From: Amoebidium appalachense
Taxonomy: Eukaryota > Protista > Ichthyosporea
Assembly (NCBI GenBank): GCA_963693365.1
Contig: CAVNZM010000007.1
Span: 1,163,979-1,227,978, forward strand
Reading direction: 5' to 3'
Length of the DNA stretch: 64,000 nucleotides
Below, in pieces: positions 1 through 11,300 of the stretch (position 1 is its first letter; each line of letters starts with the position of its first letter). The position numbers and the translations under genes were made by a program. The notes under the pieces were generated by a model that ran no database searches, was not told the origin of the DNA, and saw only the letters and a program-made list of their open reading frames with translations.

Positions 1-1545
1 AAGAGGAAACGGGGGCAACCGAAGGTGGAAGTCCCCTGGCCACTGGCTATCCTTAAGCAACTGGTTGTATGCGAGGCACATTTCACCGATGATGATATTA
101 CTGCTAAGAATGGAAAACTGAAATTAACAAAGGATGCATGTCCCATCCGAATGGAACTAGACCCGATGTACAGAGAGAAGGTACAGCTATTGAGGGAGGA
201 AAGGGCCAATAGTCATATGCAAGCTGTAGGAATGGATGCCTCAGATATTGAGCAAACACGGAAACGAGCGAGGGAGCGGGGGGAGACGAGCAGTGAAGAA
301 GCAGAGGACAGTGAACGAGCGAAAAGAAGGAGGGAACATGTGCGTGAAAGGACATTTGACTATCTAGAGTCGAAGGCAGGTGAGGAAGGGATGGATGTAG
401 AGGATTATGTGAATGTCCTGGAACGTTCAAGAGCTTTCTATAAGGAGCAGGCGGAGAAAATGCAAATCGAACTTGAGATAGCTACGAAGCAATTGGAGGA
501 AAATGAGAAGAAACAAAGATTGGAGAAGAAGGAGCTCGAACAAGCGCTTGATCAAGCGAGGGAGGAATTATTACAAAACCAGAAAAGAATATGCATGGAG
601 GACATAGTGGCGGAAGAGGAAGGGAAGGCTAGAGATGATGTGGTGAAAACATACACGGGGTTGGATAGTTTTGATGCTCTCATGGGAGTGCTGGGGATTG
701 TTGCTTTTATTGGCCAATCAACTATAAACATGAATGATTTTAAAACCAAAACAGGAAAGGAAATAATATGGCATGATGGATGTCTTTTTACACTTTTTCG
801 CCTCCGCCACGGCACATCCTTCCAACTATTGAGTCGGCTGGTGGATGTGTCAGAACCGAATCTTTCGCGTATAATCCGCCATTTTCTTGGTGCACTGGCG
901 TTAGCACAGGTTTTTCTATACGAAAAAGCCCCCACCAGAGAGCAACTTTCGAAGTTTAAAGCCGGTTGCTACACTGGGCAATGGGACGATGTACGGTGGA
1001 TCATTGATTGCACCGAGGTGTTTGTACAGGTGCCGACAAACCTCCTTCTGAAACGATGTTTCTACTCAGAGTACAAAAGCAATTATACTCTCAAGTACTT
1101 CGGGGGCATCACAACGGATATGAAACTCAGACCGGTGTCCGATGCACATGTGGGGGGGTTCAAAGACCCGGATCTCACAGGTGTATGCAAGCGTGAATTT
1201 GTAGATCAGATAAAAGAGGGGGATGAAATAGCAGCTGATAAAGGGTTTAGAGTGCACGGGCTAATCATGGAGAAGGGTGCTTCCTTGCTATTACCGTCGT
1301 TTGTTGAGCATGGGCAGCTAAACGCTGAAGACACCATATATAGCCAAAGACTGTCTAGTGTGCGCGTGCATGTGGAGAGGGCTTTTGGGCGCATGAAAAA
1401 TTATCGGCTGTTTAGCAATCAGGTGCAGATGTCGATGGTAGGCACCCATTGGATGGTAGCTAAGGCTGTGGCTTTCTTGTGTAACATGCAAGAGCCACTA
1501 TATAAGGATATGGTGGGGCCCGGGCACACCAAAAGCATGGTGTAG
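1..1545 (+). CDS. ISL2EU/PIF-Harbinger-group transposase (THAP tail, coiled coil, HTH, DDE_Tnp_4); 5' end outside the window
   Basis: Frame open from base 1. THAP-like VCEAHF; HTH-like LFRLRHGTSFQLLSRLVDVSEPNLSRI; catalytic motifs IIDCTE, FYSEYKSNYTLK, ADKGF, RVHVERAFGRMKNY. Confidence 0.88.
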   Translation, partial: KRKRGQPKVEVPWPLAILKQLVVCEAHFTDDDITAKNGKLKLTKDACPIRMELDPMYREKVQLLREERANSHMQAVGMDASDIEQTRKRARERGETSSEEAEDSERAKRRREHVRERTFDYLESKAGEEGMDVEDYVNVLERSRAFYKEQAEKMQIELEIATKQLEENEKKQRLEKKELEQALDQAREELLQNQKRICMEDIVAEEEGKARDDVVKTYTGLDSFDALMGVLGIVAFIGQSTINMNDFKTKTGKEIIWHDGCLFTLFRLRHGTSFQLLSRLVDVSEPNLSRIIRHFLGALALAQVFLYEKAPTREQLSKFKAGCYTGQWDDVRWIIDCTEVFVQVPTNLLLKRCFYSEYKSNYTLKYFGGITTDMKLRPVSDAHVGGFKDPDLTGVCKREFVDQIKEGDEIAADKGFRVHGLIMEKGASLLLPSFVEHGQLNAEDTIYSQRLSSVRVHVERAFGRMKNYRLFSNQVQMSMVGTHWMVAKAVAFLCNMQEPLYKDMVGPGHTKSMV

Positions 1546-1628
1546 AATTTTCGTTTTCGATTGCCAGTGCCTCTCCCTAAAGCCCCCTTCTCTGCTTTTT
1601 TTTTTTTTTTTTTTTTTTTTTTTGTTTT

Positions 1629-1698
<70 letters not shown>

Positions 1699-1825
1699 AA
1701 AATATGAATGAATGCTTGCATGTATGTATTCGGCCAGTAGGGCTCCACTTTTCCTGTATAGGAAAATAATAATAATAATTGAAATTATTATGTATTTGTG
1801 TGCCAAGTACAACCTTGAGTCGTTC

Positions 1826-1857
<32 letters not shown>

Positions 1858-1890
1858 TTCACAAACACACACAACCACGCACACACGGAA

Positions 1891-1925
<35 letters not shown>

Positions 1926-1985
1926 CCCACACATGCACGTGCACACACGCACGCATGCACCCCCCCCCCCCCCCACACACACACA

Positions 1986-2025
<40 letters not shown>

Positions 2026-2205
2026 GTAGGCACGTATGCAAACACCAAGGGGGGAGGAGGGACCGGGGGAGGGGGGGGGGGGGGGGGGGGGTGGGGGGGG
2101 TAGGAAACATATGCAGGCACCAGGGTCTGGTACATTGCTCTCAGATTTGACACACGGTCTTCATTCATTCATTATAGGTTCACTAGATCGGTCAGAAGAT
2201 TACTG

Positions 2206-2258
<53 letters not shown>

Positions 2259-2265
2259 ACACATT

Positions 2266-2969
2266 ATGTTGTACTTTGTGCTTCTGGTAAAAACATCGGC
2301 GGGGGTTACAATCACTCCGTACAGTTTGGGAATGCGCACCGCATTAGCGGTCCCAGGGATGACCGCCGCATCCGCAATGCGCAGTTTGTATACAACCCGC
2401 GGGATGTTATACAGAAGAAGGTCGGCATCCTCAGTGACAACAGTGTGTGCCAAACCGGTACGTGCCATATAGGCAAGCTGGGGGTCTGCTTCGTATGGAG
2501 CTACTGTGTAATCGACATTCTCATCTTTCAGTCTAAGGATGATTGCATGTAAAACTCTGTTATCTAACTCTGCAGCGCTTCTCCATTTGTTTTTAGTTAC
2601 CTCCTCCTGTTTCTCTCTTTTTGTGGCTATTTCTTGGCGGGCTTTGACCACCTTTTCTGCACGGTCGTTATCAACTAGTTTTCCCTCTTTCAATCTGCGC
2701 CCATCAAACACATAGCGTGGCTGGACCCCTGCTAGCCTATACGTATTAACTTTGGACATAAAGTGATTTGCAATAGCTGCATATGTGTCGTCTGTGACTT
2801 TTTTGTCATCTATTTGCTGTTTGGCTACTGTGTCAGCGAAAACTGAAAAGGACTTGTGGACCTGCACCATCCCGTCAAAAGCAACTACCCCACGTTGCAA
2901 CTCTGCAGTAACATCTGTGGCTTTTTCGGCACTAATGCCGAGTGCTGGGAGCAAGCCCTGCACACCCAT
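2266..2969 (-). CDS. Exo1/XPG (FEN1-family PIN) 5' nuclease, N and I regions; 3' end unresolved or truncated
   Basis: ATG at 2969 gives MGVQGLLP; then VAFDG, YVFDG, APYEADPQLAYM, VTEDADLLLY. The frame runs into (TG)n/poly-G and no H3TH (GxDY) exon is evident. Confidence 0.8.
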
Positions 2970-3169
2970 GGTAAAAGTGCATGTATTCAAAGTAGTTTCT
3001 TTTCATGAAAAAAATTCTTTCGGGTTGTGCGCCCTCTGCGTTAACGTGCGAACACAAAAATCGTTGTACGGCGTGGGTGCGTAGCAACGCGTTACGTAAT
3101 CAGGGGGAAAAAAGGCGGCGCCAGAAAGAAATCGGGGACCACTCAAAATCGCCGATCCCGTATCCCTTA

Positions 3170-3215
<46 letters not shown>

Positions 3216-4180
3216 ACGTACGCACGGCTCCATGTTTTTATAGTAATAATAATAAAGCTCGAGGCCCGCGGCCTCGACGCCGGACAACTGGATATTGTCC
3301 CGCATCAACCCCTTGATATCCGCCGCATTTAATTGGATGACCGACAACCCATATATAGCTATTTTCATGTCGATTCTACTGCAGAGAATTGGTCAATGGT
3401 TTTTATCATATTGGCTAGCCTTTTTTGGAAGCGCCGCTAACCAATCCGATCGGGCCCAAAACAAACCAGATTTGATCGTACGGCCCCAGATCTGATGATA
3501 CGATCAAATCTGTAGGGCGCTGGCAGTATGCCGGCGACAGCGTACGATCACATCTGGATATCTCAGATTTAACCAGCGCGCTTCGTCGCTTCCGTAATAT
3601 TTCAGATTTCATCTTTTGAAAATCACCTGGGTGGGATACTGTGTACACCAGACCCCGACACAGTGCACCACTAAACAGAACGTTTCACACCTTTTCGTGG
3701 CTTCAAAAGGCTATGCAACCCGAGAACACACAGTTCAGTTCGCTTCCACTTTTCAAATTTGGGCCTTGGGGTAGCCTTTGGTGGGCTTGCTTTGTGAAGA
3801 TGGGGCGCCCTGGTAGAATGTGGGGCTCCACATCTGCGTGCACACATCACAAAACATCCTGGCTTCTCATCCTTGTGGTTCTGTTGCTGACCGCCCACAT
3901 CATTTCTGCTGTGAAAAATGGGGCACAGAACAGGTCTTCCTCGCCCATACTATATCCGGAATGTGACGACAGTGGTGACGAGGTGGGTGGCTGTTAGTGG
4001 CTGTGTCAGTGAATTATGTTTGTGTTTCGCACTTGTACATCTTGCATTGCCCAATGCATTGTGACCTGTTTGATTAGCGATTCGCAATGACATCTTGCAT
4101 GGCCCGATGCAACGTGACCATCGATTAGCGAATACGTTTTACACAACTCTTGTTCATTGGGTCTCCAAATCTATAACCCA

Positions 4181-4213
<33 letters not shown>

Positions 4214-4311
4214 CAGGGTGGGTTGCCACGTGTATAAGTATACATAATAGACGGATCATGGTGATTGCCACGTCATTAAAAAACAATATTAACTTTTGTG
4301 CTCTAACACAG

Positions 4312-5307
4312 TTTGTTGAATTCCCTGCTCCACAACCGGCCCCGGTGCCAGATGTGCTGTGTGAGGATGTGCCTGCAGATGCACAGCCCCAAAGTCAGCC
4401 GCAGACGGGACGCGGGAGGGGGGATGATGACCACTTTTTCTGTTACATTAATTCTTTAATACAACAGCATTGCAAATCACCTTTCCCTAGCACCGTAATA
4501 GAGCCACCAACGCCCACCAATCCCCGTGCACGGTTAGCCTCCATTACGTCTGGCGGAAACAAGGACAAGAAGCCACTTTTAGCATCATGGCACGAATACT
4601 TTCTGCCTCGTGTAGTTTTCTATGATCCACACAGACAATTTCCACAGGCTGTGATACCATATGCAACGTGGACTTGCCCACTGCCCGGCTGCACGGCTCG
4701 GTTAAATGTTGAGGCAAAGGATGGGCGCAAAAGCGCATACTCGGTTTTGGGTACAGCTTCTCGCTCTTCCATGGGTCGGCGCGTATATGATCCTGTATCT
4801 ATATAATATCACGGCTGTATCGCTGTGCGGCACGGCATTCATTCAGATCAACCGACGAACGGTTTCTCATAGCAATTGCGGCTCCCGGGAAAAGCATCCC
4901 GCGTTTGCCGTACTTCATCACAACACGAGCTGCTTACACACCTCATTTGCTCGATACTACTAATAGACTCGTGGAGTGTGGGGTTTCGTTCGCACGTGCA
5001 CAAGCATTTTTCCAGGCTGCATGTGCGGATGTATATGCCGAGATGCGGGCTACTTATTGGGATCATGCTAGCACCTTTGTCCAACTACGTGATGAGCAAT
5101 GTAAGTATCATTAGGTAATCACTGCGGATGTGCTGCAAACAGCCGATCCAATAAAGAGAAGGAGGGGGGAAAGGGGGGGGGGGGGGGGGAAGGGGAGGGG
5201 GAAGGGGATGGACGTGGGGATAGGTCAGTAGGGGGAGGGTGGGAGGAGGGGAAGGGAGGGGGGGGGGGGGGGGGGGAGAAAAAGTACTAGCAAAAAACGG
5301 GATTGGT

Positions 5308-5338
<31 letters not shown>

Positions 5339-6241
5339 GGGAGAAGAGAAGGAGGGGGGAGGGGGGGAGCACCTGTATGTGCATCCGGCATTTATACGGT
5401 GGATGAATGAACCTTGTTAATGCCACAAACCAATAACTTACACAGTGCTGCCCTCGAACCCTCCTTCCCCTCCCCCCAGCTCATACACACAGCGCTCTCA
5501 CCGCGACCTACCACACACACGCGTGCGCGCGCACACACACACACGGTGGCACACATACAGTGTCACACACACACACAGTGTACACACACACACACACCTT
5601 GTACACACACACACTGTACACATACACCAACACACACACATGTGCATAATACCCATGTATCCAGCACACACAGGGTCTAGCAATTCCCGCCAAACAACCC
5701 TTCACCAATACGGCTTCCAGTCACGATGACTGCTTGTTTTGAGTCTGGCGACGCAAATAAGAGAGCAGTTAGTAAATCTGCCTGCAACCAACCCCCTTGC
5801 CCGGCGCCTCGCCGATCTTGGGTTCACCGCAGCAATGTCAACGAGGGCCGCGACACGTCACCTACGCACCATTACAGTGGACGACATTGAGAGCCCCGGC
5901 CACATAGCCGACTATCACATGTTTTTGGAAGATCACATAGACCTGCGGCAGGAGGCACCTCGATATCGGCGCGATGGCGAGTTTGCGGGCCACGTCGGCG
6001 ACCTTATGCTTGCAGCAGCAGTGAATGTGCTTGGCGTGCCCACGACTGTGTTTTCGTCAACTGCAAACTATCTGTGGTTTACTGTCCAGCCTCGCTCTGC
6101 AACCATTAACACTGGCACAACATTCTACCTTGCCTACTACAGCGGCACCGTCCATTACGACATCGCTCGTCCGCGGCCCGACGGTGATGTTCTGGAGCCA
6201 CCAGTGGCAGAGGACAACAGCAAAGACCAAGGGCCCGAAGG
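4312..6241 (+). pseudogene. Element X coding remnants: transposase-associated N-terminal Zn region (DUF6729-like) and OTU-like cysteine protease, both frameshifted
   Basis: YFLPRVVFYDPH..CPLPGC..RRVYD..LPYFITTR. OTU Cys box DDCLF (~5725) frameshifts into SLATQ...GDLMLAAAVNVLG...HYD. GT-AG introns are visible. Confidence 0.6.
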
Positions 6242-6732
6242 TAATAAATATATGGTAACCGTTGTGTCATAATGCAGTTTTTCAGTGGTTTTTCACGAGG
6301 CTGCTTTTTTTATGTTAGAGAGAGAGAGGGGGGGGGGTCGCAAAGGCGTTAATATTTATTATATTCTAATTGGTTCTAAATCACGAAAGCTTATGACTCT
6401 ATATTGGAGAACTTTTCATCATACGAGAGCATGCGAGCAATGAGAAAGCGAGCCAAGAAACAACCACAAAATGTATTTAAAAATACGCCAATTATAATAG
6501 AGCCAAGAGCCAAGAGCATCCTATAACAGAGCCAAGAGATTGCAAAGGGTAATTACCCAGGAAATACAAGCGTCAGGTGTGAACATGAAAAACATCGCCA
6601 AAGTATCAGTCTGTTCTGTGGAATTCATATTTATTGATATTCATTATTATCATTGGCTGGACAGTGAGCCACTGGCTCACTAGTTACGTAACCATCAGAT
6701 CCCTAGTGGGAAATTAGAGTGTGTATAGAGTG

Positions 6733-7265
6733 TGTCAAATCGAAGTCTTAAAATATTATACTGACATTTGAGGGATAAATAGTGTTGCACATAAGCTATA
6801 AATATATTCACTGAGATATTATTAGGTACAGTTGTACATATGAATTGTATTGTATGAGACCATGTCTGAATGCACAGTGAGCCGCGAACTACCGGGGTTC
6901 GTAATCTTAGATGACTGGCGATTCTACTTTTGATAGGTTAATCTTTGCTCGGCGAAATTCATAATCAGCGAGTAGTATACAATTAGTAATCGTGTAGTCA
7001 TCGGGATTTTCTTAGAAACTTCTTATAGGACTTTCGGGAACCTTCCAGCTAGTATATAAACCGCGTTTAGTTTCAGTCTTAGACAGGTAGACCAACCGAT
7101 TCCTCGATGTAGTTACAACCCTTGCGCTTAGTTAGATCGGTAATTTCCTCTCGATACGTCTCCAGTCGTCTACGTTGTAGGTGGTGCATCGGCATTTCGT
7201 CTCATATCAACCCTCTACATTCCTGTGTATGGCCAGGCTGCCTACAGAAATAAACAGCATTGACA
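6733..7265 (+). mobile_element. Possible orphan LTR within an AT-rich insert (6338-7318)
   Basis: TGTCAA...TTGACA inverted ends, TATATAAA at ~7053, AATAAA at ~7249. No matching TSD. The segment is absent from element X copy 2. Confidence 0.3.
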
Positions 7266-7322
7266 AACTAAAACTAACTTATGCGTATTCTACTGGCTGC
7301 TTTACTGCCGTCCTTTTCGGGG

Positions 7323-7550
7323 TGTTGCAGGCCAAAGTGTCGTCCAGGCGAAAGTGTCGTCACCTCTAATTAAAATCCAGGACGTCAAATCTGGCTGGTC
7401 TAGGGGGAATATCGGGCAGGCCAAAATGCACCCCCCCCCCCCCCCCCCCCCCCCCCCTCCCCCCCCCCCTCCCCCCCCCTCCCCCCCTACTACCCTGGGT
7501 GACATGGGGGGGGGTCAGTGGGTTTGTATGACGTGGTGGGAGAAACTGTG
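7323..7550 (+). repeat. Left TIR of the Ginger-like element
   Basis: Reverse complement of ~22178-22355. Contains a doubled AGGC(C/G)AAAGTGTCGTC motif and an internal poly-C of variable length. Confidence 0.9.
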
Positions 7551-7660
7551 TGTGCGTAATAAACAATCATTGTCGTGCCTATTGGCTTATGACATGTGTT
7601 GGGGAAAAAACCATGTCTACTGTTACCAGTTTTTTACGCTCTTGGTGCAAATGATGTGTT

Positions 7661-7692
<32 letters not shown>

Positions 7693-8261
7693 GGAGGGGG
7701 GGGGGGGGGGGGGTTGTGGTATAATCATTAAAGTGTCCTGAGCTTGTAGCTTTGTGTGTTGGTCGAAAAGAAATCATGGCCACTGACAGCAGGATTTTAC
7801 CAACTCGTTGCAAAATTTTGTAGTATCATGTGGTTTGTATGTATTTATCGCCATTGCATTTACACGTTACAGAATCCATAATACACCATTATAATATAGT
7901 CGTAATCATCTTGTATTCTTAATCATTCTTACGTCACAATGTTAAATTGGGTTCACATAGACTAAGTACCGCTCACATGGAATAAACCCCGCCGCCGGCG
8001 GTCAGCATATATATTTTGCATGTTTTAGTTGTCACTACGTTGAAGGACCATACACAGCAGCATGATTCAATGTTATATTCGTAAATATCTTCTATGCATA
8101 ATTTTCAATCTTGACCTCATACTTATACACCTACGTGAAATAAATCCAGACAGCATGCAACCAGCACACTCATTGTGTATTTGAATACGAGCAGGCATTA
8201 TGTCCTTCATTCCAGTTCAAACGATAATGGCATGTTGGCAGCCAAAAAAAACAAAAAAGCC

Positions 8262-8292
<31 letters not shown>

Positions 8293-8322
8293 AAAAAAAA
8301 ACTCCGATATCCACAAGGTCGT

Positions 8323-11300
8323 CTACACTACATCCACAGTTGACTTAGCATACGTCAGTTTGCGGGAGCCCACGCCTAACAGTGGTTCCTGCGCGGGCAC
8401 ATACACCATGAAGTTGAGATGCACATCCTTGATGCGTGCCCAATTCAACTTAACATATAATGGGCACCAGCCTTCGCACTCGCCACCTTCCCGAGACATT
8501 TGGACAGAGACGTTGGTAGGTCCCGTGTTGCTCTCCCATAGCTCAGTGTCTGGTTTTTCCGTGGTCATACCGAAACCGTCGCAGTGGAGATGATATGGTC
8601 TCCCGTTTTTCCATGTGAATGCGGGTGCCACACCGAAAAAGTGACCTGGTTTGTGAAGACCAATGTAGGCAAGATGGTATTGGCGCCCCATAAAGTTTAC
8701 GCAATTCATGACATGAACAGGCGGCACGGATTGCACTGACATGTGGACGAAGAGAATTCTAGGAAGTATTAAAACGTTGCCCCTCACCGTACCCTTGGAA
8801 TTGCACGTTGTGCAAACCGAGGTTGGGCTTTGAAATTCCCTGCCATATTCAGTGCAGTCGCCATCGAAGAAGTGGGTACCCGCTATGTTTTCTATGGGAT
8901 TGACAATGTAAGTCTCCTTGGGGTCCATCCTTTCACGGCGACGTCGGGTGCGAAGCTCGGCATCGATGGAACACAACACACGCGTACACACGCCAGTGCA
9001 TTTAACGCATGTAGCGGTTATGATTGTCACGTGAGGGGGTACCACGTTGTCTCGGAATAGCGGACGACTAGACCCATCCAGCGGGACACCCGTGAGGTAA
9101 TCCGAACCGCTAATGTCACATTGAAGCGCGTCAAACAACTTGTCCGTTGAACTTATGTCCCCAATCCTGTATCGTGTTACCTTCCACACCCGTGCCAGTC
9201 GATGAGCGATGGCCCGGATATTTGCTGTATGCTTCTCGCGGTGCTTTAAGGCAGCAATCATCCGGTCCCAAACGTCCAGTCCGGTTGGCTTAAGATGTAA
9301 AGGTGGCACGTTGGATTTTATCAGCCCACAGTTTAATCCGTCCAATACGGTGATGATGAAACAGAAATTCATTTCCCATGAAAATCTTGGACGGAAACTA
9401 AAGGTGGCGTTGCTGTTGAATGAGAAAGCATCCTTCGGCACGGGGGTGACGTCATAAACTGGGTCTGCGCTGTTGCAGTAGTGTGTAAACACAGACTGAC
9501 TGACATTCCCGGGCCATTTTGACCGGAGAGAGACGGGGATGGGCACCGTGACAGTGGGGCAAGGGTTGCAATCATTAGTTGATGGGACCGGCGACACTGG
9601 TGGGTCCACTTCGGGTGTATACAACGTTAAGTCAGTTACCTCGGGCTCCAGTGTCACCTTGGCACGCTTACGGGGCGGTTGTGCCATTGCCGAAGAAGGT
9701 GGTACTTGTGACGGGGCGCCGTCACCTGCACTGGTAAAAACCGACGACGAAATTGGCGAAGCTGGATCCGACGACCCTGTGTTGTGTTCTGGCTCAGAGC
9801 GCACTGGTGTACCTGCCGGATGCGACAATGTCGGTTTTGATGGACGCACGGGCTTACGTTGATTGGATGTCACAGTGGTAAACATGGTGGCAACTGGAAC
9901 ACTGCCATTTGCAAAGTCCGTGTCGTCCAACCCGCCATTGGCATCCAGTGTACGAAGGACCGTTTCCATTTTGGCATCCGTGTAGCTACTGAAATCTTTC
10001 AGACCACGTAATGCTAATGGAATGTCGTTGCCATCCACGTCTTGTTCATCGCAAGTGGGTGCCCCTGTGTTGGGGGGCATAACTTCACCAGGATCCTCCC
10101 AAGTACATTGGGAAAAGGGAAATCCACGCCATTTAACTAAAACCTGGTCGTACAAGTCCCCTTTGTCATCTACAATGGTTCTGCGACCGAACACGCAATC
10201 AACAACATATGTCGGGTCGCCGATTGTATGGACGAGGTACCGCTCCATGTCGTCGGGTCTGAAGCTGGATGGAACCGGCTTGATGTCTCTGCATAAATTC
10301 CCATCAGTGAAATATGCTGTTGACAGTATGTACCAATATACTATACGGCAAAGCAAAAAAGATGATCCTGCCATAATAACAGACGCACATTCAAGGCCAG
10401 GCCTAAAAAATTACCTGATGTGGAAGACCGTCGTGGATCCAGCAACGATGGTGGAACCCGGATGTTTGGCCTTTGAGGCCAGAATCTCCACCGTGTATGT
10501 GAATGGAGATCTCTGTGCCTTCACCTCACCATATGCCCCCCACACCGGTCTGAGGGTACTACGCGCCTTGGTGCGATCCCTCACACCGGTGTTGACGATA
10601 ACGTAATCACCGACGGACAATTCTGGTAGCTTGACCGTGGTATCCTTGTGGAATCTGGAACCGCTCCGAATGATATTCCGTCTCATCTCCGCCAGTAGAC
10701 GGTTATACTGATGCCTGGCCATGGCGCGGACAGAACCTGATTCACGACCCATCATAACCTCGAATGGGGTCGCCTTCAGAACCGAATGATACTTTGTGTT
10801 ATATTGATGCAACACCTGATCAAACAGTCGCCCAGGAAGAGTGTACCCCTCCTTGACATCCCTGCCTGCCAGCATCGCGGATGCCAACAGTTTCCTGATG
10901 GTTCGATGGATACGCTCCACTACGCCCTTAGTTTGAGGGTGGTATGGCGTTGCCGGAACGAAATCAATGTTGTTCTCATCGCAAAACGCGCGAAATTCGT
11001 TGCTGACATAAGCACCACCGCCGTCAACCCAAACCTCCCTAACCGGGGTCACCTTCATCATGGCCTGCAACGTTCGGATGGCGGTGTTGGAGTCCTCGGA
11101 TGCAGTGGGAATCCCCACAGTGAACTTTAAAAGGTGGTCTGTCGCAAGGCTCATCTTGTTGAAGCCAGTAACGGGGTCTTTCATAGTGGCCTCTTTGCCC
11201 AATGAAGAAAAATCCATTACCACCTGACATGAAAGTTTAACAGTCAGAAGAGCCAGGTGGGTCTCAATTTGGTATCAAAGAAGCATAAGGGAGCAAGTGG

